A stretch of 64,000 bases of DNA from NCBI RefSeq assembly GCF_009914755.1, contig NC_060948.1; one strand, given 5' to 3'. Shown in pieces: positions 1-13,858 of this stretch. The stretch's first letter is position 1; every line of letters starts with the position of its first letter. The notes under the pieces are model-generated. The model was given only the letters and a program-made list of their open reading frames with translations. It was not told the origin of the DNA and ran no database searches. The position numbers and the translations under genes are program-made. Source of the stretch: the human T2T-CHM13v2.0 reference genome, Homo sapiens.

Positions 1-653
1 GCAATTGTTAGAAAATAATTTTTGTATGTATTCAAGTTATAAAACATGATGTTATAAGATACATATAGAAGAGCAGAAAATCTATCAATTTGAAAATATT
101 TTTAAATAACTGTCAAAACCTGCATCCTAATTTTGTGCACATATAAATTTTAAATTTTTCAATTACTTTTACAATTAAACATATGGCTTTTAATTTGAAT
201 CACATATTACACATTTTCAGAAAGCACTCATATTTAAATGAAGGTATAAGTTTATAAATTGCCTCATTGACATCTACCAGAATGACCATATTTCTCTCCT
301 CCTTTGGCTTGTTAACATGGTAAAGTATATTTATGCAATTCTTCACAGGATTCCCGATTTTGAATGTTTTTCATTCTCAGAATGTCTCCCACTTCATCAT
401 TATGTATTATTTTATTGGTATACTGTTGGATTACGTTTACAAATATTTTCAAATACCTGATTTCAGACTTTTGCATTGACATATTTTTCTGTAGATTTAT
501 TTGCATTTATTATTGTCATTAGGTTGATTTGGGTGTTAGTATTATATTTTCTTAATGAAACAATTAGAAATGTTTTGTTGTCGTCCACACTCTGAAACAG
601 TTTAAAATGTGTGGAAATTATATTGGTTAAAGGAGTGACATTTCTAGCCATAG

Positions 654-657
<4 letters not shown>

Positions 658-686
<29 letters not shown>
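658..686. repeat. (GA)n microsatellite
   Basis: Pure GA run. Confidence 0.95.
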
Positions 687-692
<6 letters not shown>

Positions 693-760
693 CAAAATCT
701 GGATTTCCTTACTCTTCTACCTTCTCTTTGTTTTTACATTTATAAAATCATTATAATAAT

Positions 761-1032
761 TGATACGATTTGGCTGTGTCCCCACCCAAATCTCCTCTTG
801 AATTGTAGCCTCCATAATTCCCATGTGTTTCAGGAGGGACCTAGTGGCAGATAATTGAACCACAGGGGCTATTTCTCCCATACTGTTCTTGTGGTAGTCA
901 ATAAGTCTCATGAAATCTGATGATTTTATAAGGGGAAACCCTTTTCTCTTGGTTCTCATATTCTCTCTTGTCTGACACGATGTAAAATGTGCCTTTTGCC
1001 TTCTGCCATACTGTGAGACCTCCCCAGCCATG
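761..1032 (+). mobile_element. THE1-type MaLR LTR, 3'-truncated
   Basis: Starts TGATACGATTTGGCTGTGTCCCCACCCAAATCTC, the THE1 5' end, and stops abruptly after CCCCAGCCATG. Confidence 0.85.
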
Positions 1033-1066
1033 ACTTAAGGGCTCTTAAGCCCAATTGAGTTAGTGC

Positions 1067-1212
1067 TCTTTTTGGGCAATGAAAATTTTCTGCAACTGGA
1101 TTCTTAGGATGATTGCACAACTGCATAAATTAACTAAATATCATTAAATTGCACAATTTATAACTCATAACCTTTATGGTGTGTTAATTATACCTCAATA
1201 AAGCTGTTAAAG
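1067..1212 (+). mobile_element. old L1M 3' end fragment
   Basis: GATTGCACAACTGCATAAATT...TTATACCTCAATAAAGCTGTTAAA resembles an L1M 3' terminus. Confidence 0.65.
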
Positions 1213-1259
1213 TGAAGAAAAGATAGAAAACAGTTTATGCAAATAATGGTAAGAAATGA

Positions 1260-1540
1260 TAGATTTGGTGATTTCAGGTGAGAGAATGTGGAATGAAAAC
1301 ATTTTATCATAATACCCAAGGCTCTGCATTGAGTACCAGGGATTACAGTCTTGAAATTCACTGTACTGATGGACACAGGAGGAGAAATGAGATCCACAGG
1401 AGAAGATAAATTCATGTTTAACAGTTGAGTTGGAAGTGCTAGTGAGATTTTCAAGTGGATGTCTGTGAGGCAGTTCAGTATAAGAGTTGGAGATTAAGAG
1501 ACTGGTCCAAACGGTAATTTGGATTTGGAAGTTCTCTTCA
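1260..1540 (-). mobile_element. L2 LINE remnant
   Basis: GTTGAGTTGGAAGTGCTAGTGAGATTTTCAAGTGGATGTCTGTGAGGCAGTT resembles antisense L2 ORF2; boundaries approximate. Confidence 0.55.
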
Positions 1541-2351
1541 TTAGTATTAGTGTTTTTCACCCTTTCCAAATAAGTAACTCTTGCAATCTTTCTTAATCTG
1601 CTTTATTTCTCTAATATCTCATATTTTTACCCTTTATATTCAATACTCTATATAAGAAATAATTGCTACTGGTAATATGTGTTTTCAAACTACATATTCT
1701 CCCCCATCATGCACTTCTAGATACTTTGATAATTCCTCTAGGGGTTTTTATTGAAACATTTCATCTATGGTAACTGAATCCATTGGAGTGGTGGAATTTG
1801 CTCACAGCACAATGAGAAGGGACCATAGATCAAAAGGCTGAGAAATATAGAAATATTGCTAATGAACTTATGGGAATAGCTTCAGAGGACCAGAAGGAAC
1901 CAAATTCCAGTTACAGTGGGAAGTTGGCTGTGAAGCAATTTTCAGGTAAGACAGAGAAAAGATATAGGGCAGTAGCTGGTGGGAATGGAGAGATGCAAAG
2001 GTTAAGATTAAAAATATGTTAGTGTATTTATATGTAGATGTGACAGATAAATGATATAACTGGAGATTAACAAAGCATGAATATTTAAAAAGTTAATTCC
2101 CTTAAAAGATGAAAGATGAAAGGAATTTGGTGCTGATACTTAACAGACAGTTTATTCTATTATAACCTAAAGAAAGGATGAAAGAATAGCTGCTCATACA
2201 CAGATATTCATAGTTGTTCCTCTGTGTTCATCCCCAATCTCATCATTTTCTATTTGAAATTTTGGGGATATTGGCTCCATTACATTGTAATTATTTATAA
2301 CATATTAGATTGTAATTATATATAAACTATTTTGCTCATTTTTCAAGGGTA

Positions 2352-2354
<3 letters not shown>

Positions 2355-2388
<34 letters not shown>
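2355..2388. repeat. (TG)n microsatellite
   Basis: TG run. Confidence 0.95.
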
Positions 2389-2390
<2 letters not shown>

Positions 2391-3149
2391 ATATATTCTA
2401 TAATCACCAAATAATGCTTTATGGATCAGTACATTGTTTTCTACACAGTAACCCTTGACTTGTAGCTCTAGAAGAGTTGCTTCAAGACTCTGTTTAGGAA
2501 GCTGGCCCAGAAAAGACGTGGTGATACATTTAGTCCTGTGGCTGTTCCTCTAGCCCTCCCTTCCCTGTAGAGAGCTGAGGTCAAGGAATACAAAACAAGA
2601 AGGGTGTGCTATTTCTCATGATTTGCTTTTGCTTCCTGTCCCCAGCATTCTAAGCTGAGACCTATCAATGGAAATCTTAATAACTTAGTAACTGGCTCAC
2701 ATCGGCCAGGAAGCTTAGTTCTGTTTTCAGATGATGGGTCATATTTCTGTTTCTTGGTATTCATATTGCCAGTGGTGCTAAAATGAGACACCAACTGCAG
2801 GTTCCTTCCAACTGCAAGAGAAATATAGTTCAGAGCATGGACTATGGCCGACAGGATTAGTATCTTCATATTTGTTCCTTAAGATGAATTTTCCAAAATT
2901 CATTGACTTCTCACATTACATTTAGATTTTTATTGGCAATTTTTGAGGTCGTTAATCACTAGTTCATTTTGCTAATCCCACACCATTGAGCACCAGTCAG
3001 TTGCACAGCATTGATTCAAGTGTTGTGAGGCAGCAAAGGTTAACTAGATGAAGTTTATCCCTGACAGGAGATAAAGGTTTCACTGATAAATAAGTGCATA
3101 TTTCAAAAATAAAATAGAGGACTGCATACATTTTCTTAGTGTAGTCTAA

Positions 3150-3400
3150 GGGAGGCCTCATGATGTAGGGAAAAGAACATTAATTTCACAGTAATATGGA
3201 CCCAAGTGTGTCACTTAAATATTTTTTGACCTGGGACAATTTATTGAACTTCAAGTCCCAATTTTTTCAACTGTAAAGTGGAAATGATGAAAATTCCTAC
3301 CTAAGTGGTTCACGTGTGTGCGTATGTGCATGCAGTGAGCAAATAAAATAATATGCAAAGCACTGTGGAATATAGTAGGACTTCAGTATATTTTTACTTA
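3150..3400 (+). mobile_element. MIR SINE remnant
   Basis: Degenerate MIR core: TGACCTGGGACAATTTATTGAACTTCAAGTCCCAATTTTTTCAACTGTAAAGTGG. Confidence 0.6.
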
Positions 3401-4053
3401 GTCTCTTGTCCCTGCCAAACCATCCCAACATCTTAAGTAGTTAATTCCTCAGAAGTCAGAGGAACATAAAATATTTGGTGATATTGTACTTCTTTGATGA
3501 ATTATCCAACTTTAAAAAGTACATGACAATACATATAGTTCTCTCAAAATTCAAAATAATGTCCTTACTAAAACAATTTAGAGTGGTGACTTACAATGTC
3601 CTTCCATACTGCTTCAGAGATTTGGCTTATATTATCAAGAATAGCATTTTATTTAAAAAGCTCATCCTCAGCTATTACTGATTTAGGAGTAGCAGATATA
3701 TGGAAACTTTAACACTCTATTGAATGGGATTATACATTTTTCTCTAGCCCACATAACTCATATTTCCAGGATCTTTCTAAATTCTTCAACTTCTGATTAA
3801 TGATGTGGATAGCATGGCTCCAGGTAGTGTTCCCCTATCTGACCATGCCACAGACTCACTTTCAATTGCCCTTCAGAAAGCATTAGGCAGCATTTTGGCA
3901 AAACTTCCTTTAGTAAGGAATACTGGATAGGAAGATTGTAATTTATAATTCTAAAACTACATAAAAAGTTCACACACACATATCCAAGGACTCTGGATTG
4001 CTGACATATATATATATCTCACTTTAGATATGAGCTATAATCAGTCATTATAT

Positions 4054-4221
4054 AGTACTGCTATAAGGATGACTGAGATATATGCAAATTATCTATTGTA
4101 AACACTGACACATAGCAGAACAAATATTTGCTGAAATGAATTTTTCCATTTAATCATGTGAGGATGTTGCAATTCAATTTAAGTAACTTTCTCAAGGTCA
4201 TACAGATTTTAATAACAGTTG

Positions 4222-4224
<3 letters not shown>
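4054..4224 (+). repeat. copy 1 of a ~170-bp local direct duplication (partner 7346-7522)
   Basis: AGTACTGCTATAA...AATAACAGTTGTAT occurs at both sites with few differences. Confidence 0.9.
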
Positions 4225-4253
<29 letters not shown>

Positions 4254-5851
4254 AGCAATCCAGAGTTCTCTTATATTTTATATATAAAATGACCTTATGT
4301 AATTGTGTGTTGGGGGTGTGTGTGTTTGTGTATAAATTAAACTTATATAGGCTCTCTTTCAGTTATTAATTGACATCAATTTTTTTCTGGAGCACAGTAT
4401 TATTAATTACAAAAATAACTGGCAAATTTCTCATTAAGGATAAATGTGAACTGAGAAGACTAGATAAATCATTGTCTGCCTCATTCAGATTGAAGGAAAC
4501 ATCTAGACTCTGGAGGGAGCCATGAAAAACATGTATATTATATAGTTTTATGTTTTAGTAGCTTCACCTCGTTCTATTAAGCCTCTAACTCAACTGTAAT
4601 CATAAAAGGTTAATATTGAGATAAAACCTAAAGACATAAATTAGGCTTTGCCATTACTTGCCCCCAAAGGAGACTTAAGCTATGTAATACTTGATCAGCA
4701 GGACTCTTCTTTATTATTAAAGAAATGAAGATACGCTGCATTGAATGATATTATTGGAAATGCCTAAATTTTCTCATCATCTTACAACTGCTTAAAATTG
4801 CTGTTGCAGATTTCTGTAGGCAAAATCTTAGGTCCCAGAGTACCCCTGCAGAATGTTATGGAGTATTAATAGGTAATGTGTTTCAGTTAAGCACAAAAAT
4901 ATACTTAAATAGCCATATTGAGTATTTTCAGGATGAAATGAGATATTTTATTTTTATTCTACTATAAAGAAGGGTCAATCTGAAATGGTGTGCTGGAATT
5001 ACAGGCTAAAAATCAAAACTGAGGCATCATCAAAAATATTTCTCATTTATGAACATTTCATGATATTAAAACACCAATTATCTATCATATCTTGCTCCTT
5101 GTGTAGCTTCAGTTTTCAGTATTAGATATTACCACTTCACATTTGCTATTCATCAATTTTAAAAGCAACACTTTTCTAATAAAAATTGTTGCATTATCCT
5201 TGGCAAAGGCATGGCACTGTTGGATTGCCACATATATCATCAACTTATTCTAAGAAGAAATCCCCAGGTTTTAACTAATGAATATGCAGCTCTCTCAGAG
5301 GTAAAATAATTTCACACAAATCTTTCTTAGAATTTTGTTTTCTAAAAAAATGTTAAATTTAATTTAAAGATTTCAAAAGTTTTTTTCTTCAACATTTGTG
5401 CTAAAATAGTATGTTCCTAAGACTTTAAAAATATATAAACCTTAACTGTTTTAATTTGTGGCACAAAGATGTAATGGTACATAGCATAGGTTTCTAGAGC
5501 AGTGACATTTATTTAATCTTAAACATTTTTCTTTTAAAGCTTCCTTTTAATATTCAACTAACAATCTCAATTATAAGACTATGATTTTAATTTGATCATC
5601 ATATATAACTCTACAAACAATTACCAGTGGTTATGATTATTCAGATTTTTCATCAAAACACAGGGGGAAAGAATAGACAACAATGTAATTACTGAAATGT
5701 TATGCTTTGTCAAAAAAATTACATCAAATTTAAAGTAATAGTATGTTTGGTGAGTACTTTCTAATTTATAAAGCACTTTCACATTTTTGCCCATTTGGTC
5801 CTCTTAATGTGAGGAAACAGGGAGGGCCTCAATAATTTTCTGATACTCAAA

Positions 5852-7298
5852 AACAACAAAGCTGAAGGCATAACTCTATGGGTATACTTCAAGGAATACT
5901 ACAAGGATATAGTAACCAAAACAACATGGTACTGGTCGAAAAACAGACACATTAGATCAATAGAACAGAATAGAGAACTCAGAAATAAGACCACACACCT
6001 GCAACCATCTGATATTTGATGAACCTGACAAAAACAAGCAATGGGGAAAGGATTTAATAAATGGTGCTGGGAGAACTGGGCAGCCATATGCAGAATTGAA
6101 AAAGGACTTCTTCCTTATACCTTAGGCAAAAATTAAGATGGATTGAAGGTTTAAATATAAAACTCAAAACTATAACAACCCTACAAGAATATCTAGGTAA
6201 TACTATTCAGGACATAGGCATGGGCAAAGATTTCATGATGAAAAAGCCAAAAGCAATTGCAACAGAAGCAAAAATTGACACATGGGATCTAATTAAACTA
6301 AAAAGCTTCTGCAAAGCAAAAGAAACTATCATCAGAGTAAAACAGAAAGCCTACAGAATGAGAGAAAACTTTTGCACCCTATCCATCTGACAAAGGTCTA
6401 ATATCCAGAGACTACAAGAAAGTTAAACAAATTTAGGAGAAAAAACAAACAACTTCATTAAAAGTGTACAAAGGACATGAACAGACACTTCTTACAAGAA
6501 GAAATTCATGTGACCAACAAACATATTTAAAAAAAAAAACCAGGATCGCTGATCATTAGAGAAATGCAAATCAAAACCACAGTGAGATGTCATCTCATGC
6601 CAGTTAGAATGACAATAATTAAAAGGTCAAGAAACAACAGATGCTGGAGAGGTTGTGCAGATAAAAGAATGCTTTCACACTGTTGGTGGGAATCTAAATT
6701 AGCTCAACCATTGTGGAAGACAGTGTGGTGATTCCTCAAAGATCTCGAAGCAGGAATACAATTTGACACGGCAATCCCATTATTGGGTATATACCCAAAG
6801 AAATATAAATCATTCTATTGTAAAGATGTATGCATGCTTATATTCACTGTAGTACTATTCACAGTAGCAAAGATGTGGAATCAACCCAAATGCCCATCAA
6901 TGATAGACTGGATAAAGAAACTGTGGTACCTATACACCATGGGATACTATGAAGCCATAAAAAGGAACAAGATCATGTCCTCTGCAGGGACATGGATGGA
7001 GCTGGAATCTGTTATCTTCATCAAACTAATGCAGGAACAGAAATCCAAACACCACATGTTCTCACCTATAAGAGGGAGCTGAATAATGAGAACATGTGGG
7101 CACACAGGGGAGACAACACACACTGGGGTCCAGAGGGTGAGGGGAGGGAGAATATCAGGAAGAATAGTTAATGGATGCTGGACTTAATACCTAGGTGATG
7201 GGTTGACCTGTGCAGCAAACCTCCACGGCACATCTTTGCCTATGTAATAAACCTGCACATCCTGCACATGTACCCCAGAACTTAAAAGTTGAAGAAAA
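5852..7298 (+). mobile_element. 5'-truncated L1PA (older subfamily): end of ORF2 plus 3' UTR
   Basis: Degenerate ORF2 C-terminus (WNQPKCPSMIDWIKKLW, 6783-7082) and L1 3' UTR ending CTTAAAAGTTGAAGAAAA. Confidence 0.9.
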
Positions 7299-7345
7299 CA
7301 TTTGTTTTTTCTGCTATTAAATTAGGATAATCCCTCTTATCAGAC

Positions 7346-7522
7346 AGTACTGCTATAAAGATGACTGAGATGTCTGCAAATCATCTACTGTAAACACTGA
7401 CACATCATGGGTGCTCAGCAAATATTTGCTGAAATGAATTTTTCCATTTAATCATGTGAGGATATTGCAATTCAATTTAAGTAACTTTCTCAAGGTCATA
7501 CAGATTTTAATAACAGTTGTAT
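7346..7522 (+). repeat. copy 2 (probable parent) of the ~170-bp duplication, in MIR-like context
   Basis: Matches 4054-4224. Confidence 0.9.
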
Positions 7523-8877
7523 TGTTAGAAGTCAAGTCTTCATGATTCAGCTGAATTACTGCTAAATATGAAGACTAAAATGTCACTATCAGTTCACTTT
7601 TATGCTATTGTATTAATCAATGTGATTTAGACATTAAATTTATTTTAGTTAATGTTAGTAATATATCTCAAAGAACAAATGAATTAAAGTATGTTTCAAA
7701 ATTGTTATAACTTAAACATGAAACACATTCAAATCACAAATTTGACTTATATCACTTAGCCTTGTAGTATGAAGATAGTAGAATGAATAAATTGTTAACA
7801 ACAACAATTTATTTATCACTTATTTTGGCCCAGAAACCTAAATGGTTTACAGGGGTCATCTAAATTAATCCTTTCAACATCTTAATAAGGCTATTCTCAT
7901 TATCATTTTGTGATCTAGACAAATAAAGTTCAGTGACAGGTTAAGTGACTTTGTAAAGGTAAATGAAGTAGGAAGTAGGGAAAGAAGGAATTTTAACCCA
8001 AGCACACTGACTCTAGTCTAGAGTTCATAATCTGAATCCCCATAATCCGTAGCTTCTGTGGAGGGTATGTAGGTAAGAATGGCTCCATTGAAGTGCAGAG
8101 AAATCCACAGTTCAAAGCAAGAGGATCAAAACTTGACTGTTAGGACAATATGGAAAAGAGGAATTAGAATGTTTGGAAGAACAAGGGAAATGTAAACGGA
8201 CAGCAGAATAGGCATGCAATTTTGCACAGCAGTCTTGCATGAGAGTGTAAAAGCTGAGGGCTATGTGAAGATTGTACTTCTGCATCTGTCACAAGGCTGA
8301 GGTGTGTAGAGAGGTTGATAGTTCTATGAAAGGACATTCCAGAATGTTCTGGCATGTTCTACAATAAAGACATCAGCTGACAGGTTAGGGAAAGTGTGCA
8401 GCTGTAACCCAGTGGGCCAAGGAAGGGAGCTGAGGTTGTATATCAGTGTGTAGTCATGGTGCAGGGAGAGCTACAATGGTGCAAAAATAAAGGAGTGAAG
8501 CCTTTTCAGCTCATTTGTCTACATTAATTAGATTTCTGAAGCCAGATCAGTAGGACTCTGAAGACATGAGGGAGCAAGGAAGAATTCATTAAGTGAGAAT
8601 TGACAGGAATGAGAAGCCTACTAGAGTATAGTGGTAAACAAACCGAGTGTGTGTTGATCTGAATGTGTGGTCAATACTATATACACACACATTAAGCTAC
8701 ACTTCCAAATCTAGTTTGTCTTCAGGAGTATTTTTAAAATTTTATTATATCAGGATTCAAGTTGAAATTATCTAATATTATGTGTGAATTCTTCCATGAA
8801 ATTTAGTTTTATTTGGTAACACTTGTAGATAGCTCATATATAGCTGGATGACTATAATGTTTTGTTCCAAACATATG

Positions 8878-9548
8878 GTATCATAATGTGCTTGAGCTTT
8901 CATAATAAAATGTGATAGAATTGGTGGCATAAACAACAGAATTTTATGTCTCATAATTATGGAAGCTGGGAAGTCCAAGGTCAAAGCACCAGCAAATGGC
9001 TGGGTGTGGTGGCTCACACTTGTGATCCCAGCAATTTGGGAGGCTGAGGCAGGTGGTTCGCCTGAGGTCAGGAGATTGAGATCAGCTTGGCCAGCATGGT
9101 GAAACCCCATCTCCACTAAAAATCCAAAAAAATTAGCTGGGTGTGGTGGCACAGGCCTGTAATCCCAGATACTCAGGAGGCTGAGTCAGGAGAATCACTT
9201 GAACCCAGGAGGTGGGGGTTGCAGTGAAGCGAAATTGCACCATTGCACTCCATCCTGCGCAACAAAGCGATACTCCATCCGCAAAAGGAAAAAAAAAAAA
9301 AAGGTAACAGCAAATTAGGCCTCCTTCTGAAGCTTTTTCTCTTGGCTTATAGGCAGTTAACCGTCTCACAGTTTGCTCCCACTGCCTCTCTGGTGTTTCT
9401 TCTTATAAGGCCCATCATGAGGGCCCTACCCTTTTGTCATTTAACCCTGATGACTTCCAAAATGCTCTGTCTCCAAATGCTATCACGTTGGGGGTTAAGG
9501 ATTCAACATACGCACGTTGGAGGGACACAAACATCCAGTCCTTAACAT
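8878..9548 (-). mobile_element. MLT1-type MaLR LTR interrupted by an Alu
   Basis: GGAAGCTGGGAAGTCCAAGGTCAAAGCACCAGCA and GGGACACAAACATCCAGTCCTTAACA are MLT1 motifs on either side of the Alu. Confidence 0.7.
8998..9302 (+). mobile_element. AluS
   Basis: Full dimeric Alu with A tail; CAGCAAAT repeated on both flanks. Confidence 0.95.
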
Positions 9549-12083
9549 ATGGGAACTATGTATACATATGGTGGAATTTATGCTAAATGCTGTGAAAAAG
9601 TTTCAAATATTTTCAAATAATTGTCAGATAAGATATTACTTGTTATGTTTTATTCAAACTTTCTATCTTCCTATAACTATGACCAAAAATGTATTCTCTA
9701 GATCTTGGTAATTTGTCTATGCTGTGCCATTATTTTTTCCTCTACTCAGAAATTTTGACCCATCAGCCAGACTTGTGTCTATCAAAAATAGGTGCAATGG
9801 TAGCAAGAGATTTAAACTGAGAGACAGTGATATAGAGTACAGTGTTAAATTTGACATTAATTTGCTATGTAACCTCCACTTGCTCTGTCTTAGCCTTCCT
9901 TTACTCATTAGAAAAAAAAATGTATGGTTGAAATGATTTATGGTTATTTTAATGAATCATTTGAATGACCAAATGACTGGGTTTTCTTGAGACTATTTTG
10001 GTTTTAGCCCCAAAAGTCCCACCTACCCGAAAACCTCTACCCTGTGATGTGAAAAAAACCCAGTTTCCCTTTATCATTAGAGAGGGATGGGGAGGAAATG
10101 GGCCACCCCTATAATAGGAGCTGAAAGTAATACTATTTTCAGTATTAAATGGGTAAGTATCAGATTATTTGTCATCTGTGTTTCTCTTGTTCCCCCTCCA
10201 CCCCTCCTTATTGCTAATGTTGCAACCCTGATCTGTGATAAACAGTAATAGGTCATCCACTATTGCCTCACTTTAAGATAATGCAGACAAAAGTGTCTGC
10301 AACTTATGTGTATTGTGTTAACAGTTCAGTTGTTAATTTGCCTGTTGTGCTTTGTATCAAGATATTATTAATTTAACTTTCTAACATTGTGAGTCATGCT
10401 ACCATGTTATGTAAAGTTCAGATAATGACAAAGATGATTGCAATATCAATGCAGAACTGGCTATCACTGAAAAAGAAGGCTGTGTGATTTTAATATTGAC
10501 AGAAGGACTCAGATAGGAAATAAATGAAGTAAACAACCCAAACAGAGAATACTGTGCAATATGCAGAAAATAATTTGAGATTAAGCATAATGCAGAAAGA
10601 GATGTGAAACACATATGTAGAATGAATTTCATAAGTCTTGGGTGAGACAGGTGAGAAATGTTTTTGGCTCCCCAAAAGACACCAATGGTTAGTTGAAAAC
10701 ACTTGCCACTGAATTAACCTGGGCATACCACATAAAAGTACATTCATGATCATAACATTCCTTTGATTGCTCTATAAATCTGAATAAACTTACATTTCAG
10801 ATTTTCTTCAGAGGTTTCAACTAAATGCACTTTATAGGTAAAAAAAGGGATTTGATAATGGATGTGTTTGTTTATTACAGTGTAAAGCTGACTCTGTCCA
10901 TTTTTTTTTTACCAAATATCATGCTTTCTACAGTATATTACTTGATACTTTATATCATAGCAACAAGTCTTCTCTATCTTTTAGGTGTTTTGATTTGAAA
11001 TAGAGAATTTCAAAAATCATCCTATATGAAGATTTTAATAATGATATAGGAAACATAAAACAAAAGATATAAATTAGATTTTACTCATTTATCTGCATAT
11101 TCAGCAGACAGTACAAAGCTAAATTTTGGCAAATTTATTTCAATGTATACACTTCTTACCAAAGAACATTAAAAGATCTTATCTAGCGAATATTCTGTAG
11201 GCCTTAGCCACAGTACTTCTGAAAAAGTGTGCAACTTGTGTCATTAAGGCTTTTGTAATGGAATGTTTTTGTTTCCCAAAACGTGCAGCAGTATTTGATG
11301 CATTGGTTTTTTTACTTTACAGAAACAGAATTCATCTGTAGACCTTTGCTTGCAAGATAACTCCCATCATTGTTGCTGCCTGTAAAAAAAGATTAAAATT
11401 TTGTCCTGCCATAAAATCACATTTTCAAAGTGTGGCATAAAAAAAACTGCTGTTCTCTCATTTGAAAATACATTGATGATGAAAATGGAGGAAAATGACA
11501 ATAAAACATCCTGTATATGTTGTTTCTTTAAAACTCTTTGAGGATTTTTGATGGTGTCATAACTTACCTAGAAAAGGATGAACTGAATGACCCTGAGTTC
11601 TTCAATGTTATGTGTAGTTTCAATAAACACTCACAACCTAAAAGGGACTCACTTTTCAAAAATAACCCTGCTTCCAAACTCTAAATAGTGTTACCACAAT
11701 GGGGTTGTTAAATGGAACCTCCTCAATTTAGTTCAAAAAACTGTACATTATTTGATAATAAAAATATCTCATGTATTCTACAAATAAATAAACCTATTAT
11801 GTCACCACAAAAATAAAAAAAGAAACAACTTCAATTTTTACAAACTGTAATTACTTTTGTGCATTGTAACTGTTTCAAATTATCCTCTTCTCTATAATGT
11901 TTAAAAATTGCAGGCCTTTTAATACATGGATACCATATCTGATAAATTTGTGGCTGCAATAGTTCAGTTTGAGCAACAGCTGGTCTACCAAAATAAGCCT
12001 GTAGTTACAAAGTGGATGGGTATGTTTGGAGACCTAGAAATTAATTCTTGCAAGTCTGAAAACCTGCTCTCACCAGTAAGTAA

Positions 12084-12454
<371 letters not shown>

Positions 12455-12889
12455 CTTAAACAGTATTTTAGAGGATAGTTAGCATGATGCCATCACACTG
12501 GACCCATATCAGTAATCATTTTAATGTGATCTTGATAAGAGCAGAGTTGCAAGTCAAAATAAATTATATATTTGGCTGTATTCAGTTTTATTTTTGTATG
12601 AAAGAAAAGAAGGATGTCCTAAAGCATGTAGGCAGTTCAGACATTATGTAGAAATGGAAATGGAAACAGTTAATAGTAGAAACATCATGCAGCAGGAAAA
12701 AAAGTCATTATTTTTGTCAAATACAAGTAACCTTTTAAACATGTCATATTCTTTTTAAAAATCATGTCATGTTCTCTTTTTTAAAAGTCTTTTTTAAACT
12801 CAAGTGTCTTCAACTAAGCATTGATGTCTTTTGGGGAGAGGGAGAGTTCTCTTTTTTAAGAGTCAAATGTCTCAATATGTAAGATGTTA

Positions 12890-13020
12890 AAGGTAAGCAA
12901 GGTGATAGGTATGTTAATTAGCTTGACATAATCCTTTCATATGTACACATACATCAAAATATCACATTGTGCCCTATAAATATATATAATTAGTATTTAT
13001 TAAAATATTCAAAATAAATA
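12890..13020 (+). mobile_element. L1MA 3' end fragment
   Basis: GGTGATAGGTATGTTAATTAGCTTGA...CATCAAAATATCACATTGTGCCCTATAAAT. Confidence 0.7.
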
Positions 13021-13858
13021 CAAAAGCTACTTGAGAAAACAAAAAGAACATATGACAATATGGCCTACAATATTTAAATATTCAATCGTTTTTAAAAAGA
13101 GTTAAATTGCTATATCAGAAGACAATGATGTATTATAAATTATATTTTTCTCACAACCATAAATTTATATGAATTACTGCTAATTGTGACTTTTAACTAG
13201 TTTGATTTTAAGTATAAATTATAGAATTTATGCAACCAAAGTAAATACAGATAATATATAATTCCAAAAACCTATTCATTTTTCATAGTTTTACTTAAAA
13301 TAATAACAAATATGGGTATAACTATTTATTATAGTTTATATTATTATAGATCTTTGTCTGGTATTATCGTGTCCCAGTTTTGTTCTCTGATAAGTTAGTC
13401 ACTCACTCCATGTGCCACTCAGCTCTAATGTTCTGTCTCCATGATTGCAGATGGCATCCTTTGCAGTATAAACAAGACAAGTAGCAAAATTCCTGGAGTT
13501 CACAAGAATTAATGAAGCATTTCGGTAAGAAAACAGTCTAACCTACTTTTCACAGATGATTTTGAGACTGGCCAGAATGAGTGCAAAAGAAAACATACGG
13601 TAACATTATATTCCTAAGAATTCTCAATACTTTGACATGATTACTTCATTTCTGATACACATACTCTCACTTTGTCAATGAAAAATCCCAGTGATTTCAG
13701 TTCTTAAAGTAAGGGACTTTAGGGGTATGTATGGAATGAAGTAGGGCAAGATGAACAAGGTGTCACACCATTTGGAAGTGTAGTTATTCCTCACACACAT
13801 GATGTGGAGAAAGATTCCTTTTGGCCAATTGCATAGTTAGGAAGTAAGAGAGGTTTTT

